Made by a program: the position numbers and the translations under genes
Part shown: one piece after another, positions 20,402-29,554 of the stretch
Position numbering within the stretch: position 1 is the first letter of the stretch
How the letters are laid out: each line of letters starts with the position of its first letter
The notes under the pieces: model-generated
What the model was told of the DNA's origin: nothing
Seen by the model: only the letters and a program-made list of their open reading frames with translations
Databases searched by the model: none
Source of the DNA: Clostridia bacterium
Lineage (GTDB): Bacteria; Bacillota; Clostridia; Christensenellales; CAG-138
Length of the DNA stretch: 64,000 nt
Reading direction: 5' to 3'
NCBI GenBank assembly: GCA_030533005.1
Contig: JAUNJX010000007.1
Span: 1,166-65,165, forward strand

Positions 20402-20989
20402 ATGGATGCGATCAATAACCTGATAGCCCAGCTTTCCCGCCTGCCGGGCGTGGGCAGCAAAAGCGCGCAGCGGCTTGCCTATCACATTTTGGATATGCCG
20501 GAAAGCCACGCGCATGAGCTTGCCGCCGCGATCGAGACCGCGCGGGCAAACATACACTTTTGCCCCGTCTGCGGCAGCTATACCGAGCAGGATCCCTGCC
20601 CCATCTGTGCCGATCAGCGGCGCTCCGCTGCTTTTTTGTGCGTTGTGAAGGACGCGCGCGACGTGTTTTCCATGGAAAAGATGCGGGAGTTTCAGGGCAA
20701 GTACCATGTGCTCCACGGCACCATTTCCCCCATGGACGGCATAGGCCCCGACGATATCGCCATCAAGGAGCTGCTGCAGCGGGTGGAGCAGGACGACGTG
20801 CATGAGGTGCTCATCGCCACCAACCCGGACGTGGAGGGGGAAGCGACCGCCACCTATATCGCGCGCCTGCTCAAGCCAAAGAACGTACGCGTGACGCGCA
20901 TCGCCCACGGCATCCCCATAGGGGGCGATCTTGAGTATGTGGACGAGATGACGCTTTTGAAGGCCGTAGAAGGCCGAAGGGACATGTAG
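20402..20989 (+). CDS. recR: Recombination mediator RecR
   Basis: LPGVGSKSAQRLA, C4 zinc finger, ATNPDVEGEATA, GGDLEYVD. Confidence 0.97.
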   Translation: MDAINNLIAQLSRLPGVGSKSAQRLAYHILDMPESHAHELAAAIETARANIHFCPVCGSYTEQDPCPICADQRRSAAFLCVVKDARDVFSMEKMREFQGKYHVLHGTISPMDGIGPDDIAIKELLQRVEQDDVHEVLIATNPDVEGEATATYIARLLKPKNVRVTRIAHGIPIGGDLEYVDEMTLLKAVEGRRDM

Positions 20990-21020
20990 AGCCGCCTTTT
21001 GCGGCTTCGGAGGATCGACC

Positions 21021-21971
21021 ATGCCAAAGGGTGTACGCACCATCGCCATATTGCTTTGCGTGCTTTTGCTGTGCACCGGCTGCACCGCACAGGAGACGCT
21101 TGCCGATGAAAGCCGCGCGCTGTCTGCACTGCGCGTTTGCTATCGCAGCGCCAAGCTGATCGCTACAGGCGTGTGCACGCGGATGTATTACGGCGAAAAC
21201 GGCGCCGTTCTTTCCGAATTTCGTCTTAGCGAGGTGCTTGCTGGACGCGGCGAGCCCGGCGACGTCATCACCTGCGAAACGGAGGCGATGACGCTGCAAG
21301 CGTCCTATTTGTGCTACTTCACTTATGATGCGGCAAACCGGGCGCAGGCCGTCTCTTTGGCGATCTGCCCATGGGATACCGACGCCAACGAAATACAATA
21401 TGAAGAAAGTACCCTCTCCCTCACCGCGGTCCGCGAGGATATGGCGCTTTTGCAAAACGTCATCATTGCGCCGCCTGACACCTGGTACTATGGCAACATC
21501 CTGCAGCTTATGGAGGCGTGCACCGAGGTGTTCATAGGGCGCGTCACACAGGTGCCGGCGCTTGCCGATACGGAATTCCGCGAGGAATCCGGCAGCGCCA
21601 CCATCGAGCATACCATGCCCGCGAGCATCGTTCCCGTCACGGTATACGGCAGCATCAAGGGCACGCTGCGCTACGGCGAGGCCGTCTCCTTCGTCAACGT
21701 ACCCGCCCACGCGGCGGATATGCTGGACGCAGCGACGCTCACCGCCGTGCAGGCTGATGCGGCGTCTCTGCCGGCGCTTCGTGAGGGCGCATTCTGCATT
21801 TTCTTCCTGCTTCGCGGCCCGGACGCCAAGCAGGAAAGCTATTTTTGCGTCAATCCCCTGCAAGGCTTCATCCCCTTGGAGGAGGATATTCTGCTCGTGC
21901 CGCAGGGCAACGAGGCGTTTTCCTCCTGCGCAACGCTGCTGGATTTCCTGCACGCCATACAGAACGTGTAA
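21021..21971 (+). CDS. Hypothetical lipoprotein with an apparent internal duplication
   Basis: Signal peptide with lipobox CTGC; RBS GGAGG; two similar halves (SAKLIATGVC / CTEVFIGRVT). Confidence 0.65.
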   Translation: MPKGVRTIAILLCVLLLCTGCTAQETLADESRALSALRVCYRSAKLIATGVCTRMYYGENGAVLSEFRLSEVLAGRGEPGDVITCETEAMTLQASYLCYFTYDAANRAQAVSLAICPWDTDANEIQYEESTLSLTAVREDMALLQNVIIAPPDTWYYGNILQLMEACTEVFIGRVTQVPALADTEFREESGSATIEHTMPASIVPVTVYGSIKGTLRYGEAVSFVNVPAHAADMLDAATLTAVQADAASLPALREGAFCIFFLLRGPDAKQESYFCVNPLQGFIPLEEDILLVPQGNEAFSSCATLLDFLHAIQNV

Positions 21972-22062
21972 TTTTTTTCGTTTTTATATTCCCCTTTTCC
22001 CATTTTTCTGCTATAGTAAATATATCATTTCACCTTAACAGGCCATTGAAAGGAGTTTACAC

Positions 22063-22434
22063 ATGGGAAAATTCGAGGTCAAAAAAGCAAAAACCGGTTT
22101 CGTGTTCAATCTGAAAGCAGGTAACGGTGAGATCATCGGCGGTTCCGAGGTGTATGCCACGATGGGTTCCTGCAATAAGGGAATCGCTTCCGTGGCCAAA
22201 AATGCGCCCGTAGCCGGTGTGGAGGATCAGACGGAGCCTGACTTCAAGAAGGTCAAGCACCCCAAATTCGAGGTCTATAACGATAAGGGCAAGGAATTCC
22301 GTTTCCGCCTCAAGGCCACCAACGGCGAGATCATTCTCGCATCCGAAGGCTATACGGAAAAGGGCGCTTGCCTTAAGGGCATCGAATCCGTTCGCAAGAA
22401 CGCCGCTTCTCCCACCGTCAAGGTCGAGGAGTAA
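22063..22434 (+). CDS. YegP / DUF1508 family protein
   Basis: Two repeats F.LKA.NGEII..SE.Y....C.KGI.SV.KNA. Confidence 0.9.
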   Translation: MGKFEVKKAKTGFVFNLKAGNGEIIGGSEVYATMGSCNKGIASVAKNAPVAGVEDQTEPDFKKVKHPKFEVYNDKGKEFRFRLKATNGEIILASEGYTEKGACLKGIESVRKNAASPTVKVEE

Positions 22435-22552
22435 GCATCGAGCAGCATAGCCCGAACTGCGCCGCTTCACGCGGGGCAGTTCTCTTTTGTTTACAAGCGG
22501 GGAAAAGTACCGTATACTAGATAAAAGCAACCTGCGAGAAGGAGGCGATCCC

Positions 22553-22972
22553 ATGGATGAAGCGCAGCGCGAGCTTCTCGTTCCCGCCCAAATCGAATAC
22601 CTGGACGAGGTGCAGTCTTTTATCGATGACCAGCTTGCACAAGCCGGCTTCTCCACCAAGACGAAGCTTAAGATCGCCATCGCGGCCGAGGAGATATTCG
22701 TCAATATCGCAAGCTACGCCTACGCCCCCGCAAGCGGCGACGTGCGCGTTCGCTTTGGCTTGACCCCGGAGGGTGATGCACAGATCACCTTCCTTGACAG
22801 CGGCGTACCCTATGACCCTCTCTCTCGAAAAGACCCTGACGTTACGCTGGAAGCGGCGGATCGCGGCATCGGCGGATTGGGTATCTACATGGTGAAAAAA
22901 TCCATGGACGATATGCGCTATGCCTATTGCGACGGCCAGAACAGGCTGACGCTGATAAAAAAGAAGGACTGA
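22553..22972 (+). CDS. RsbW/SpoIIAB-like anti-sigma factor kinase (HATPase_c_2)
   Basis: AEEIFVNIASYAY, DSGVPYDP, GGLGIYMVKKSMDD; RBS GGAGG before ATG at 22553. Confidence 0.88.
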   Translation: MDEAQRELLVPAQIEYLDEVQSFIDDQLAQAGFSTKTKLKIAIAAEEIFVNIASYAYAPASGDVRVRFGLTPEGDAQITFLDSGVPYDPLSRKDPDVTLEAADRGIGGLGIYMVKKSMDDMRYAYCDGQNRLTLIKKKD

Positions 22973-22986
22973 ATCCTGCACACAAC

Positions 22987-23019
22987 AAAAAAGGCTGCGC
23001 CCAAACGGGTGCAGCCTTT
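22987..23019. terminator. Bidirectional intrinsic terminator
   Basis: AAAAAAGGCTGCGCCC-AAAC-GGGTGCAGCCTTT. Confidence 0.8.
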
Positions 23020-23054
23020 CTGCATGGCGTTAAATCATCGTCCGGTCATAAACG

Positions 23055-24203
23055 TCAGTTGCCAACGACCGCAACGGGAATCGCGCCGGTGCCGATCGCG
23101 GGGGACGAATTGCTCACGACCGCAACGGGAACATCGCCGCCGACCACAGGCACAACGGGAGCGGTATTGCCGTAAACGACGGGTGCTACGGGGATGGAGC
23201 CGCCGTAATAGACGGGCTTATAGAAATAGGTAATGACGGTATCGTTATAGACGGTGACGACGCCGCGATCCGACGACGAGCCCGTCACGGTGCAATAATC
23301 GTACACATACCCCTGTATGTTGGGCGCATTGAGCGCCATGGCGGAACCATAGGATACGGCGTTGTTGTAGAATTCGCGGAAAACACGGCCCGTACTCTCG
23401 TCCACACCGCGTACCAGCAACGTGGCGTCATGCGTAACGGGCTGCGTCCAATGGCTGGTGGTCTGATAATAGTAAACGATGGTGGTATCCCTCGTCAGCG
23501 CAACATCGGAGGACGTCGCTTTCACGCCGTTCACCGTAACGCCGGTGAATTGATATCCCTGCACCGTATGCCGGTAATTGCTGATATCCACATGCGTGCC
23601 GTAGGGCTTGTCCGCATTTTCAAGCAGAGTGAGCACGGCGCCCGTTCCCTGATCCACAGACTGCACGCGCAGATGCACCATTTGGCCGGAAACCGGCACC
23701 ACGGAGGAGGCGCTGCTGGCACGGTAGACCACCTTGATGGTCTTGCTGTCAGCGCGGATCACGCCGTTATTGGGATCGTCCACGCGCAAAAACGTGTATC
23801 CCGCAAAGTAAGGCGTATCCACGGTATAGCCCTGCCCTTCACGCCCGCTGATCGTTTTGGACGCGCCCAGCTTGTTGCCTTTTTCATCCACATATTTCAC
23901 GGTGATCCCGTCTTGCTTTGCGTAGTGCGCGAGGAGGGTGACGTCCTTCTCGGGGAACACGAAGCTGTTCATCGTATTATGCGTAAACCCTATAAAGGTA
24001 TAGCCGCTGATGTCCTTGAGATCCACCTGAAAATATGCGCCCGGCACGCCGGTGATCCTTTCCGTATCGGCGATCTTGACGTTCTTGTCACCGGTAACAT
24101 ATTTGACGGTGACCGTCACCTTGGATGCAGCCAAAGCGGGGGCTGCAGCAGTCAGCAGCAGCATGGCGCACAATAGCAGCGCCAGCATTTTTTGTTTACG
24201 CAT
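23055..24203 (-). CDS. Secreted protein with four MucBP-like domains
   Basis: Signal peptide (ALA-A); repeats such as ITVKYVDEKGNKL...G..Y...GYTF...I.VVY. Confidence 0.75.
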   Translation of the reverse strand: MRKQKMLALLLCAMLLLTAAAPALAASKVTVTVKYVTGDKNVKIADTERITGVPGAYFQVDLKDISGYTFIGFTHNTMNSFVFPEKDVTLLAHYAKQDGITVKYVDEKGNKLGASKTISGREGQGYTVDTPYFAGYTFLRVDDPNNGVIRADSKTIKVVYRASSASSVVPVSGQMVHLRVQSVDQGTGAVLTLLENADKPYGTHVDISNYRHTVQGYQFTGVTVNGVKATSSDVALTRDTTIVYYYQTTSHWTQPVTHDATLLVRGVDESTGRVFREFYNNAVSYGSAMALNAPNIQGYVYDYCTVTGSSSDRGVVTVYNDTVITYFYKPVYYGGSIPVAPVVYGNTAPVVPVVGGDVPVAVVSNSSPAIGTGAIPVAVVGN

Positions 24204-24421
24204 AAGGGAAATTCCTCCTCAGTCATTTTACAGCATAGTACCATATTTTCGGCCGAAACACAAGATTCCGGGCAAAGCGACCCACACATCCCGAATTTAG
24301 CCGAATTTAACAGCCGGTGTTGTGGTTTGCAGGATCGCATGCTATAATAATGGAAAGTATTACAAACATATATCTTTCGCTGCTATACATCAATATTATA
24401 TATGTCGGAAGGATTATCCGC

Positions 24422-27400
24422 ATGGCGCCACGCACCAAGGGACGCAATTTTAAAGGTCTGCTTTCGCGTTTGCTGATCCCCTTGATCCTTATCATAGGGG
24501 TTCTATGCGCTATTCTCATCGTGCATGAAAAGGTGGAGGATACCACCCTTACGCGCGTAAAAAGCATACTCCGCACCGCCTCTGAAAACCACGCGCAGGT
24601 GATGAGCGCCACCCTTGAAGGCAAATACGGGGTGCTGGAATCCTTTGCGGACGAATTGGCATGGGTGGACAACTATGACATACCCGAGCTTCAAAAACGC
24701 ATGGACGCGGTCAAGCAGGCTGCGGGGTTCGACCGCATCTTCGTGCTGGACGCCTATGGCAAGGGTCTGACCAATGACGGCAGGGTCTTTACCGCCGCCC
24801 AAAGGGAGTATTTCAGCAAATCCATGCACGGCAGGCGCGCGCTGGATTTCGTGGAAACGTCCGTGTTCGATAATCAAAGCTGTTTTGTGCTTGCCGTGCC
24901 CATCAGGGACGATAGGGGCGCCAAATCCGTGCTGGCGGGCTCCTATATGCAGGAGGGACTACGCAAGCTGCTCATATCCAACGCCTACGGCGAAGAAAGC
25001 TACGCCTATGTCGTGGACGCGGACGGGCATATCATCATCGGCGCGGACGGCGACTACTTCGACGGCAAAAGCAGGACGATCGACGAGCTTCTCAGCGACG
25101 CCACATTTTCCGAAGGCTATTCTCTGGACAAAATACGCAATGCGTTACAAAGCAACAGCGGCGGGGATTTTTCCTATTCCAAGGGCGGCCGGCAGATGTA
25201 TTGCTTTTTTCAGCCCGTAACAAGCCGGACGCTTCCCCTAAACGACTGGTATATCGCGGAGGTCATCCCCGCGCAGGTCATCAGCGACGATGTGCGCACC
25301 ACCACCAGCAGCATAGCGATCCGCTTGGGGCTGATATTCCTGCTCGCCCTGCTCCTCATTCTTTTCAGCTACTATACCACCTCGCGCAACGAGCGGGCGC
25401 TGGCCGACGAGACCATCGCCAAGCGCGTTGCGGAGCAAACCGCGTCCGAGCTCCGCGCGGGCTGGGAGCAGGCGCGCATCGCGCTTGCCCACAGCAGCCG
25501 CATCATCATGCGCTATAACGTCAAGACCGGCACGCTGTATTATTTTTCCGACGCCTCTCCCACCTACACGCACTATGTTAAGAACGTGCCGGACGCGCTG
25601 ATCGAAAACGGCGAGGTCGCGCCCGAGAGCGCGGAGGATTTCATCGCCTTCTGCGACGCGATCAAGCGGGGCGAGCCCAACGGCTCCGTGGAGGTCAGCG
25701 CACGTTGGCAGGACAGCGAAAATTACATTTGGGTGCGGGCGGATTATACGCTGCTGCTGGACGACGAGGGACGCCCGGATATGGCCGTGATCTCCGCGGG
25801 CGACGTTACCGCCCAGATCGAAAAGGAGCTTGCGTACAGGCGTTGGCGCAAATCCATTGAGCTGCTGCCGGAAAACGATTACGCCATCTACGAATACAAC
25901 CTCTCCACGGATACGCGCGTGAACTACGAAGGCCACCTTTTTGATTTGGTGGAGGTGCCGCGCGAGCTTGATTTCGACGGGCGCACCTATTTCTATGCCA
26001 GCAAGACCGTCCATCCCGACGACCGTGACGAATACATCGCGCTCATGCAGCGCGACCGGCTCATTGCAGCCTTCTATGAAGGCGCGCCCAATTCCAGCAT
26101 GGATTTCCGCCTGTTCATCGAGGGGCGCGACATGCACTGGGTTCGCCTTACGGCACAGCTGACGCAATACCCCAATTCCAAGGAAATCAAGCTGTATCTT
26201 CTGTATCAGGACATCGATCCGGAGAAGCGCAAGGAGCTTGCGCTCAAGGATCGCGCGGAGCGCGATTCCCTCACCAGCGCCTACAACCGGCAAACCTTTT
26301 TTGAACGCGCCAACGCCGCCATCGCCCAAAGCGGCCCCGATACGCGCCATGCGCTGCTCTACATCGATTTGGATCACTTCAAGATGCTCAATGACACCCT
26401 GGGGCACGCCGCAGGGGATGAAGCGCTCATACAGGCGGCCGCCTCCATTCGTTCCGTCCTTCGCACGGGCGATTTGGTCGGGCGCATCGGCGGTGACGAA
26501 TTTGCTGTTTTTCTCCAAAACATCCCCTATAACGCCGTGATGGAAAGACGCGCGCAGCAGATATGCAGCCTGCTTCGCAAAACCTATAACAATACGGTGC
26601 AGCTCTCTGCAAGCATAGGCGTCGCCATCTACCCCGACGATGGCGAAACGCTGGACGATATCGCCTTATCCGCTGACAAGGCGCTCTATTATGTAAAGGA
26701 TCGCGGCCGCGACGGCTATCAGTTCTGCATGGGCGAAGCCGCCGATCTTCCTGCCGTGGGTGAAACGGTACAGGGTCATACAGGCAAAAAGCTCATTCTC
26801 GCAATCGATAATAACGCCGCCTCTCTCCACGCCATCGAACGGGCGCTGGGCGACGCCTATCATTTGGAAACCGCGAGCAACAGCCTGGATGCGGAGCGTA
26901 TACTCAAGCGGTATGGCTCCAGCATCTCCGTCGTGCTGCTGGACATCCATATGCCGCAGGTGGATGGCGTGGACTTTTTGATGCGGCGTAAATCCAATAA
27001 AGAATTTTCCATGGTGCCGGTCATTGCCATGTGCGACGAGCCCGAAAAAGAGGATATCCAGCGTGCGCTGCGCGCCGGTGCATGGGTATTTTTGAGCAAG
27101 CCCTTGGATATGGAGCTGCTCAACATGCACATAGAAAACGCCATCATCCGTACGGAAAACGATCAGGCACGTTTACAGGACGGATATTTGCAGCTGCAGG
27201 ACAGGGAGGAAGCCCGCTACCGAAGCGTGATCGCCAGCACCAAAACGGTGGTATTTGAGGCGGATCTGATCAACAACGTATATACCTACGACGCCTTGAC
27301 GGGCGCATTGCTTTCCGGCAATTACGATTCGCGGCCGCTGTGGACCATCCTCAGCACGGACGGCGTTGCGGATGAAAAGACCATACTTGACATGCAGCGG

Positions 27401-28870
27401 CTCATGGAGGAAACGGCTGAGCTTGGCACGGATGAGGTCAACAGCATGGACGTGCTGCTCAAGACGGCTTCGGGCGAGCACCGCTGGTTCAAAATGAACG
27501 TCGTGCGGCAGGGCGATACGGAAACGCTTTCCAAACGCCTGTTTTTGACCCTTAACGACGTGAACGAGGAAAAGCTCTCCAACGAGCATTTGCGCTATCT
27601 TGCCGAGTACGACGAGCTGACCAGCATCTATAACCGGGCTGCCTTCCTGCGCCATACGCGGGAAATGATCGACAAAGCGCCCAACGAGACCTATGCCTTC
27701 ATCTATTTCGATATCGACCGCTTCAAGGCCATCAACGAGGTCTATGGCCACGCCGAGGGTGACCGCCTGCTTTGTCTTGTGGCAAACACCCTACAGGAGC
27801 TTATAGGCGATCTTGGCATTTGCAGCCGCATTTCAGGCGATCTGTTCGCAGCCTTCGTGCGCTATACAAAGCCCTCGCTGCCCACGGAGCTATTGGGCGG
27901 CTTCAACCGGCGCATCATGCAGTTCCACCTTCCCTTTGAGTTCACCTCCAGCTTCGGCATCTATGTGGTGGACGATCCTTCGCTGCCTACGGACGTCATG
28001 ATAGACAAGGCCGCCTTGGCGCAAAAGAGCATCAAGGGCAGCTATATCACGCGCATCGCCTACTACGACGACACCATGAACGCACAGGTGCTGGAGGAGC
28101 AATCCATCACCGCACAGATGGAAGCCGCGCTGCGGGACGGTCAATTCGTTCCCTTCCTTCAGCCCAAGGTGGATTATACCAGCGGCGACGTTGTGGGCGC
28201 GGAAGCGCTTGTGCGGTGGCTGCACCCCGAAACGGGTCTGATCCCGCCGGGCAAATTCATCCCGCTGTTTGAACGGAACGGCTTCATTTCCAAACTCGAT
28301 CCCTATATTTGGGAGCAGGTGTGCAAGCTGCTTCACGCGTGGATGGAGCAAGGCCGCAGCGTGCTCCCCATATCCGTCAACGTATCACGGCTGGATCTGC
28401 AAAACATCAACATTCTGGAAGTAATGTGCGATCTGGTGGAAAAGTATGATATCCCGCCCGCGCTTTTGCATCTTGAGATCACGGAAACCGCTTATGTGGA
28501 TAACCCGGCGCTGCTCAATAAGGCGCTGGCTTCGCTGCGTACCAAGGGCTTCATCATCGAGATGGACGACTTTGGCAGCGGCTTCTCCAGCCTCAACACC
28601 CTGCGGGACGCGCCGGTGGATATCCTGAAGCTGGACACCATGTTCGTTTCCGACGGCAGGCAGGACGCGCGCGGCGCGCAGATCCTGCGCAGCATCATTG
28701 AGCTTGCGCAAAGCCTGCGCCTGGGGCTTATCGCAGAAGGCGTCGAATCCGAGGATGTGGCGGAGCAGCTCTGCGCCATGGGCTGCAGGCACATGCAGGG
28801 GTATTATTTCTCCAAGCCCGTAGACGTTGACGAGTTCGTTGCCCTGTTGAGCACGGCCAATAAGGCGTAA
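24422..28870 (+). CDS. Membrane c-di-GMP cyclase/phosphodiesterase: Cache-TM-PAS-like-GGDEF-REC-PAS-like-degenerate GGDEF-EAL
   Basis: DLDHFK...RTGD...IGGDEF; REC (AIDNN...LLDIHMP...LSKP); DIDRFK...SGDLF; EALVRW...DDFGSGFSSL...AEGVE...QGYYFSKP. Confidence 0.92.
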   Translation: MAPRTKGRNFKGLLSRLLIPLILIIGVLCAILIVHEKVEDTTLTRVKSILRTASENHAQVMSATLEGKYGVLESFADELAWVDNYDIPELQKRMDAVKQAAGFDRIFVLDAYGKGLTNDGRVFTAAQREYFSKSMHGRRALDFVETSVFDNQSCFVLAVPIRDDRGAKSVLAGSYMQEGLRKLLISNAYGEESYAYVVDADGHIIIGADGDYFDGKSRTIDELLSDATFSEGYSLDKIRNALQSNSGGDFSYSKGGRQMYCFFQPVTSRTLPLNDWYIAEVIPAQVISDDVRTTTSSIAIRLGLIFLLALLLILFSYYTTSRNERALADETIAKRVAEQTASELRAGWEQARIALAHSSRIIMRYNVKTGTLYYFSDASPTYTHYVKNVPDALIENGEVAPESAEDFIAFCDAIKRGEPNGSVEVSARWQDSENYIWVRADYTLLLDDEGRPDMAVISAGDVTAQIEKELAYRRWRKSIELLPENDYAIYEYNLSTDTRVNYEGHLFDLVEVPRELDFDGRTYFYASKTVHPDDRDEYIALMQRDRLIAAFYEGAPNSSMDFRLFIEGRDMHWVRLTAQLTQYPNSKEIKLYLLYQDIDPEKRKELALKDRAERDSLTSAYNRQTFFERANAAIAQSGPDTRHALLYIDLDHFKMLNDTLGHAAGDEALIQAAASIRSVLRTGDLVGRIGGDEFAVFLQNIPYNAVMERRAQQICSLLRKTYNNTVQLSASIGVAIYPDDGETLDDIALSADKALYYVKDRGRDGYQFCMGEAADLPAVGETVQGHTGKKLILAIDNNAASLHAIERALGDAYHLETASNSLDAERILKRYGSSISVVLLDIHMPQVDGVDFLMRRKSNKEFSMVPVIAMCDEPEKEDIQRALRAGAWVFLSKPLDMELLNMHIENAIIRTENDQARLQDGYLQLQDREEARYRSVIASTKTVVFEADLINNVYTYDALTGALLSGNYDSRPLWTILSTDGVADEKTILDMQRLMEETAELGTDEVNSMDVLLKTASGEHRWFKMNVVRQGDTETLSKRLFLTLNDVNEEKLSNEHLRYLAEYDELTSIYNRAAFLRHTREMIDKAPNETYAFIYFDIDRFKAINEVYGHAEGDRLLCLVANTLQELIGDLGICSRISGDLFAAFVRYTKPSLPTELLGGFNRRIMQFHLPFEFTSSFGIYVVDDPSLPTDVMIDKAALAQKSIKGSYITRIAYYDDTMNAQVLEEQSITAQMEAALRDGQFVPFLQPKVDYTSGDVVGAEALVRWLHPETGLIPPGKFIPLFERNGFISKLDPYIWEQVCKLLHAWMEQGRSVLPISVNVSRLDLQNINILEVMCDLVEKYDIPPALLHLEITETAYVDNPALLNKALASLRTKGFIIEMDDFGSGFSSLNTLRDAPVDILKLDTMFVSDGRQDARGAQILRSIIELAQSLRLGLIAEGVESEDVAEQLCAMGCRHMQGYYFSKPVDVDEFVALLSTANKA

Positions 28871-28902
28871 AGCGGCAGAAACGAACCGCATATGGCAGCG
28901 CA

Positions 28903-28931
28903 AAGGCGACCCGGCCAAGCCGGGTCGCCTT
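28903..28931. terminator. Intrinsic terminator-like hairpin between convergent genes
   Basis: AAGGCGACCCGGC-CAA-GCCGGGTCGCCTT perfect stem. Confidence 0.75.
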
Positions 28932-28957
28932 ATTCTGCGTACGCGCATTTTTCGCGC

Positions 28958-29536
28958 TTATTTCTTTCCGTTATACCGCAGCAGCTTTATGCCGCCGATG
29001 ATGGGCAGCGGCTCCATGCTCCCGCAAAAAACGCGTATCATGCCCAGCACCATCAAATAGAACAGGCCGCCGAAAAAGCCCATGCAGATGGAATACATCA
29101 CGGGCGAATCGCCCAGCATGTTGACAGCCACGACGCCCACGGCCAAAAGAAGCAATATCACAAGCCCCTGATTCGCGTGGAAGGTCGCGTATTCCTTGTT
29201 CTTGCAAGCTCTAAGCGGCACAAAAAACAGCAGTCCCGTATAGGCCGTCGCCGCGAACAATTTATGCTCGCGTATCTTTTCCCGCCTGCCCTCATCCGAG
29301 GCATGCAGCTCGGCAGCGGGATCGTCCGGCGCAAGCGCCGCCTGTGCGGCGCGCTCCGCCTCCGCCTGTTCCCGCGCGATACGCTCCGCCTCCGTTTCCG
29401 CCGCTGTCTTTTTATGGCGGGACTGGCGCAGGGTGGGAAATATCGCCTCGTCAGGCGGCGTAATGGGCGTTTTGCATTTGGGGCAGACGGTACAGGTATC
29501 CTTTACATTGTTTCCGCAGAAAGCACAGACTTTCAT
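28958..29536 (-). CDS. Zinc-ribbon + DUF4870-like membrane protein
   Basis: CAFC...CPKC at the N-terminus; AYTGLLFFVP...FHANQGL...PLPIIG at the C-terminus. Confidence 0.8.
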   Translation of the reverse strand: MKVCAFCGNNVKDTCTVCPKCKTPITPPDEAIFPTLRQSRHKKTAAETEAERIAREQAEAERAAQAALAPDDPAAELHASDEGRREKIREHKLFAATAYTGLLFFVPLRACKNKEYATFHANQGLVILLLLAVGVVAVNMLGDSPVMYSICMGFFGGLFYLMVLGMIRVFCGSMEPLPIIGGIKLLRYNGKK

Positions 29537-29554
29537 CGCGTTCCCCTTTCTTGA

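Noticed and set aside
24204-24421. c-di-GMP riboswitch upstream of the MucBP-like gene
   Set aside because: No GGCAAA / GNRA / receptor arrangement could be built on the coding strand.
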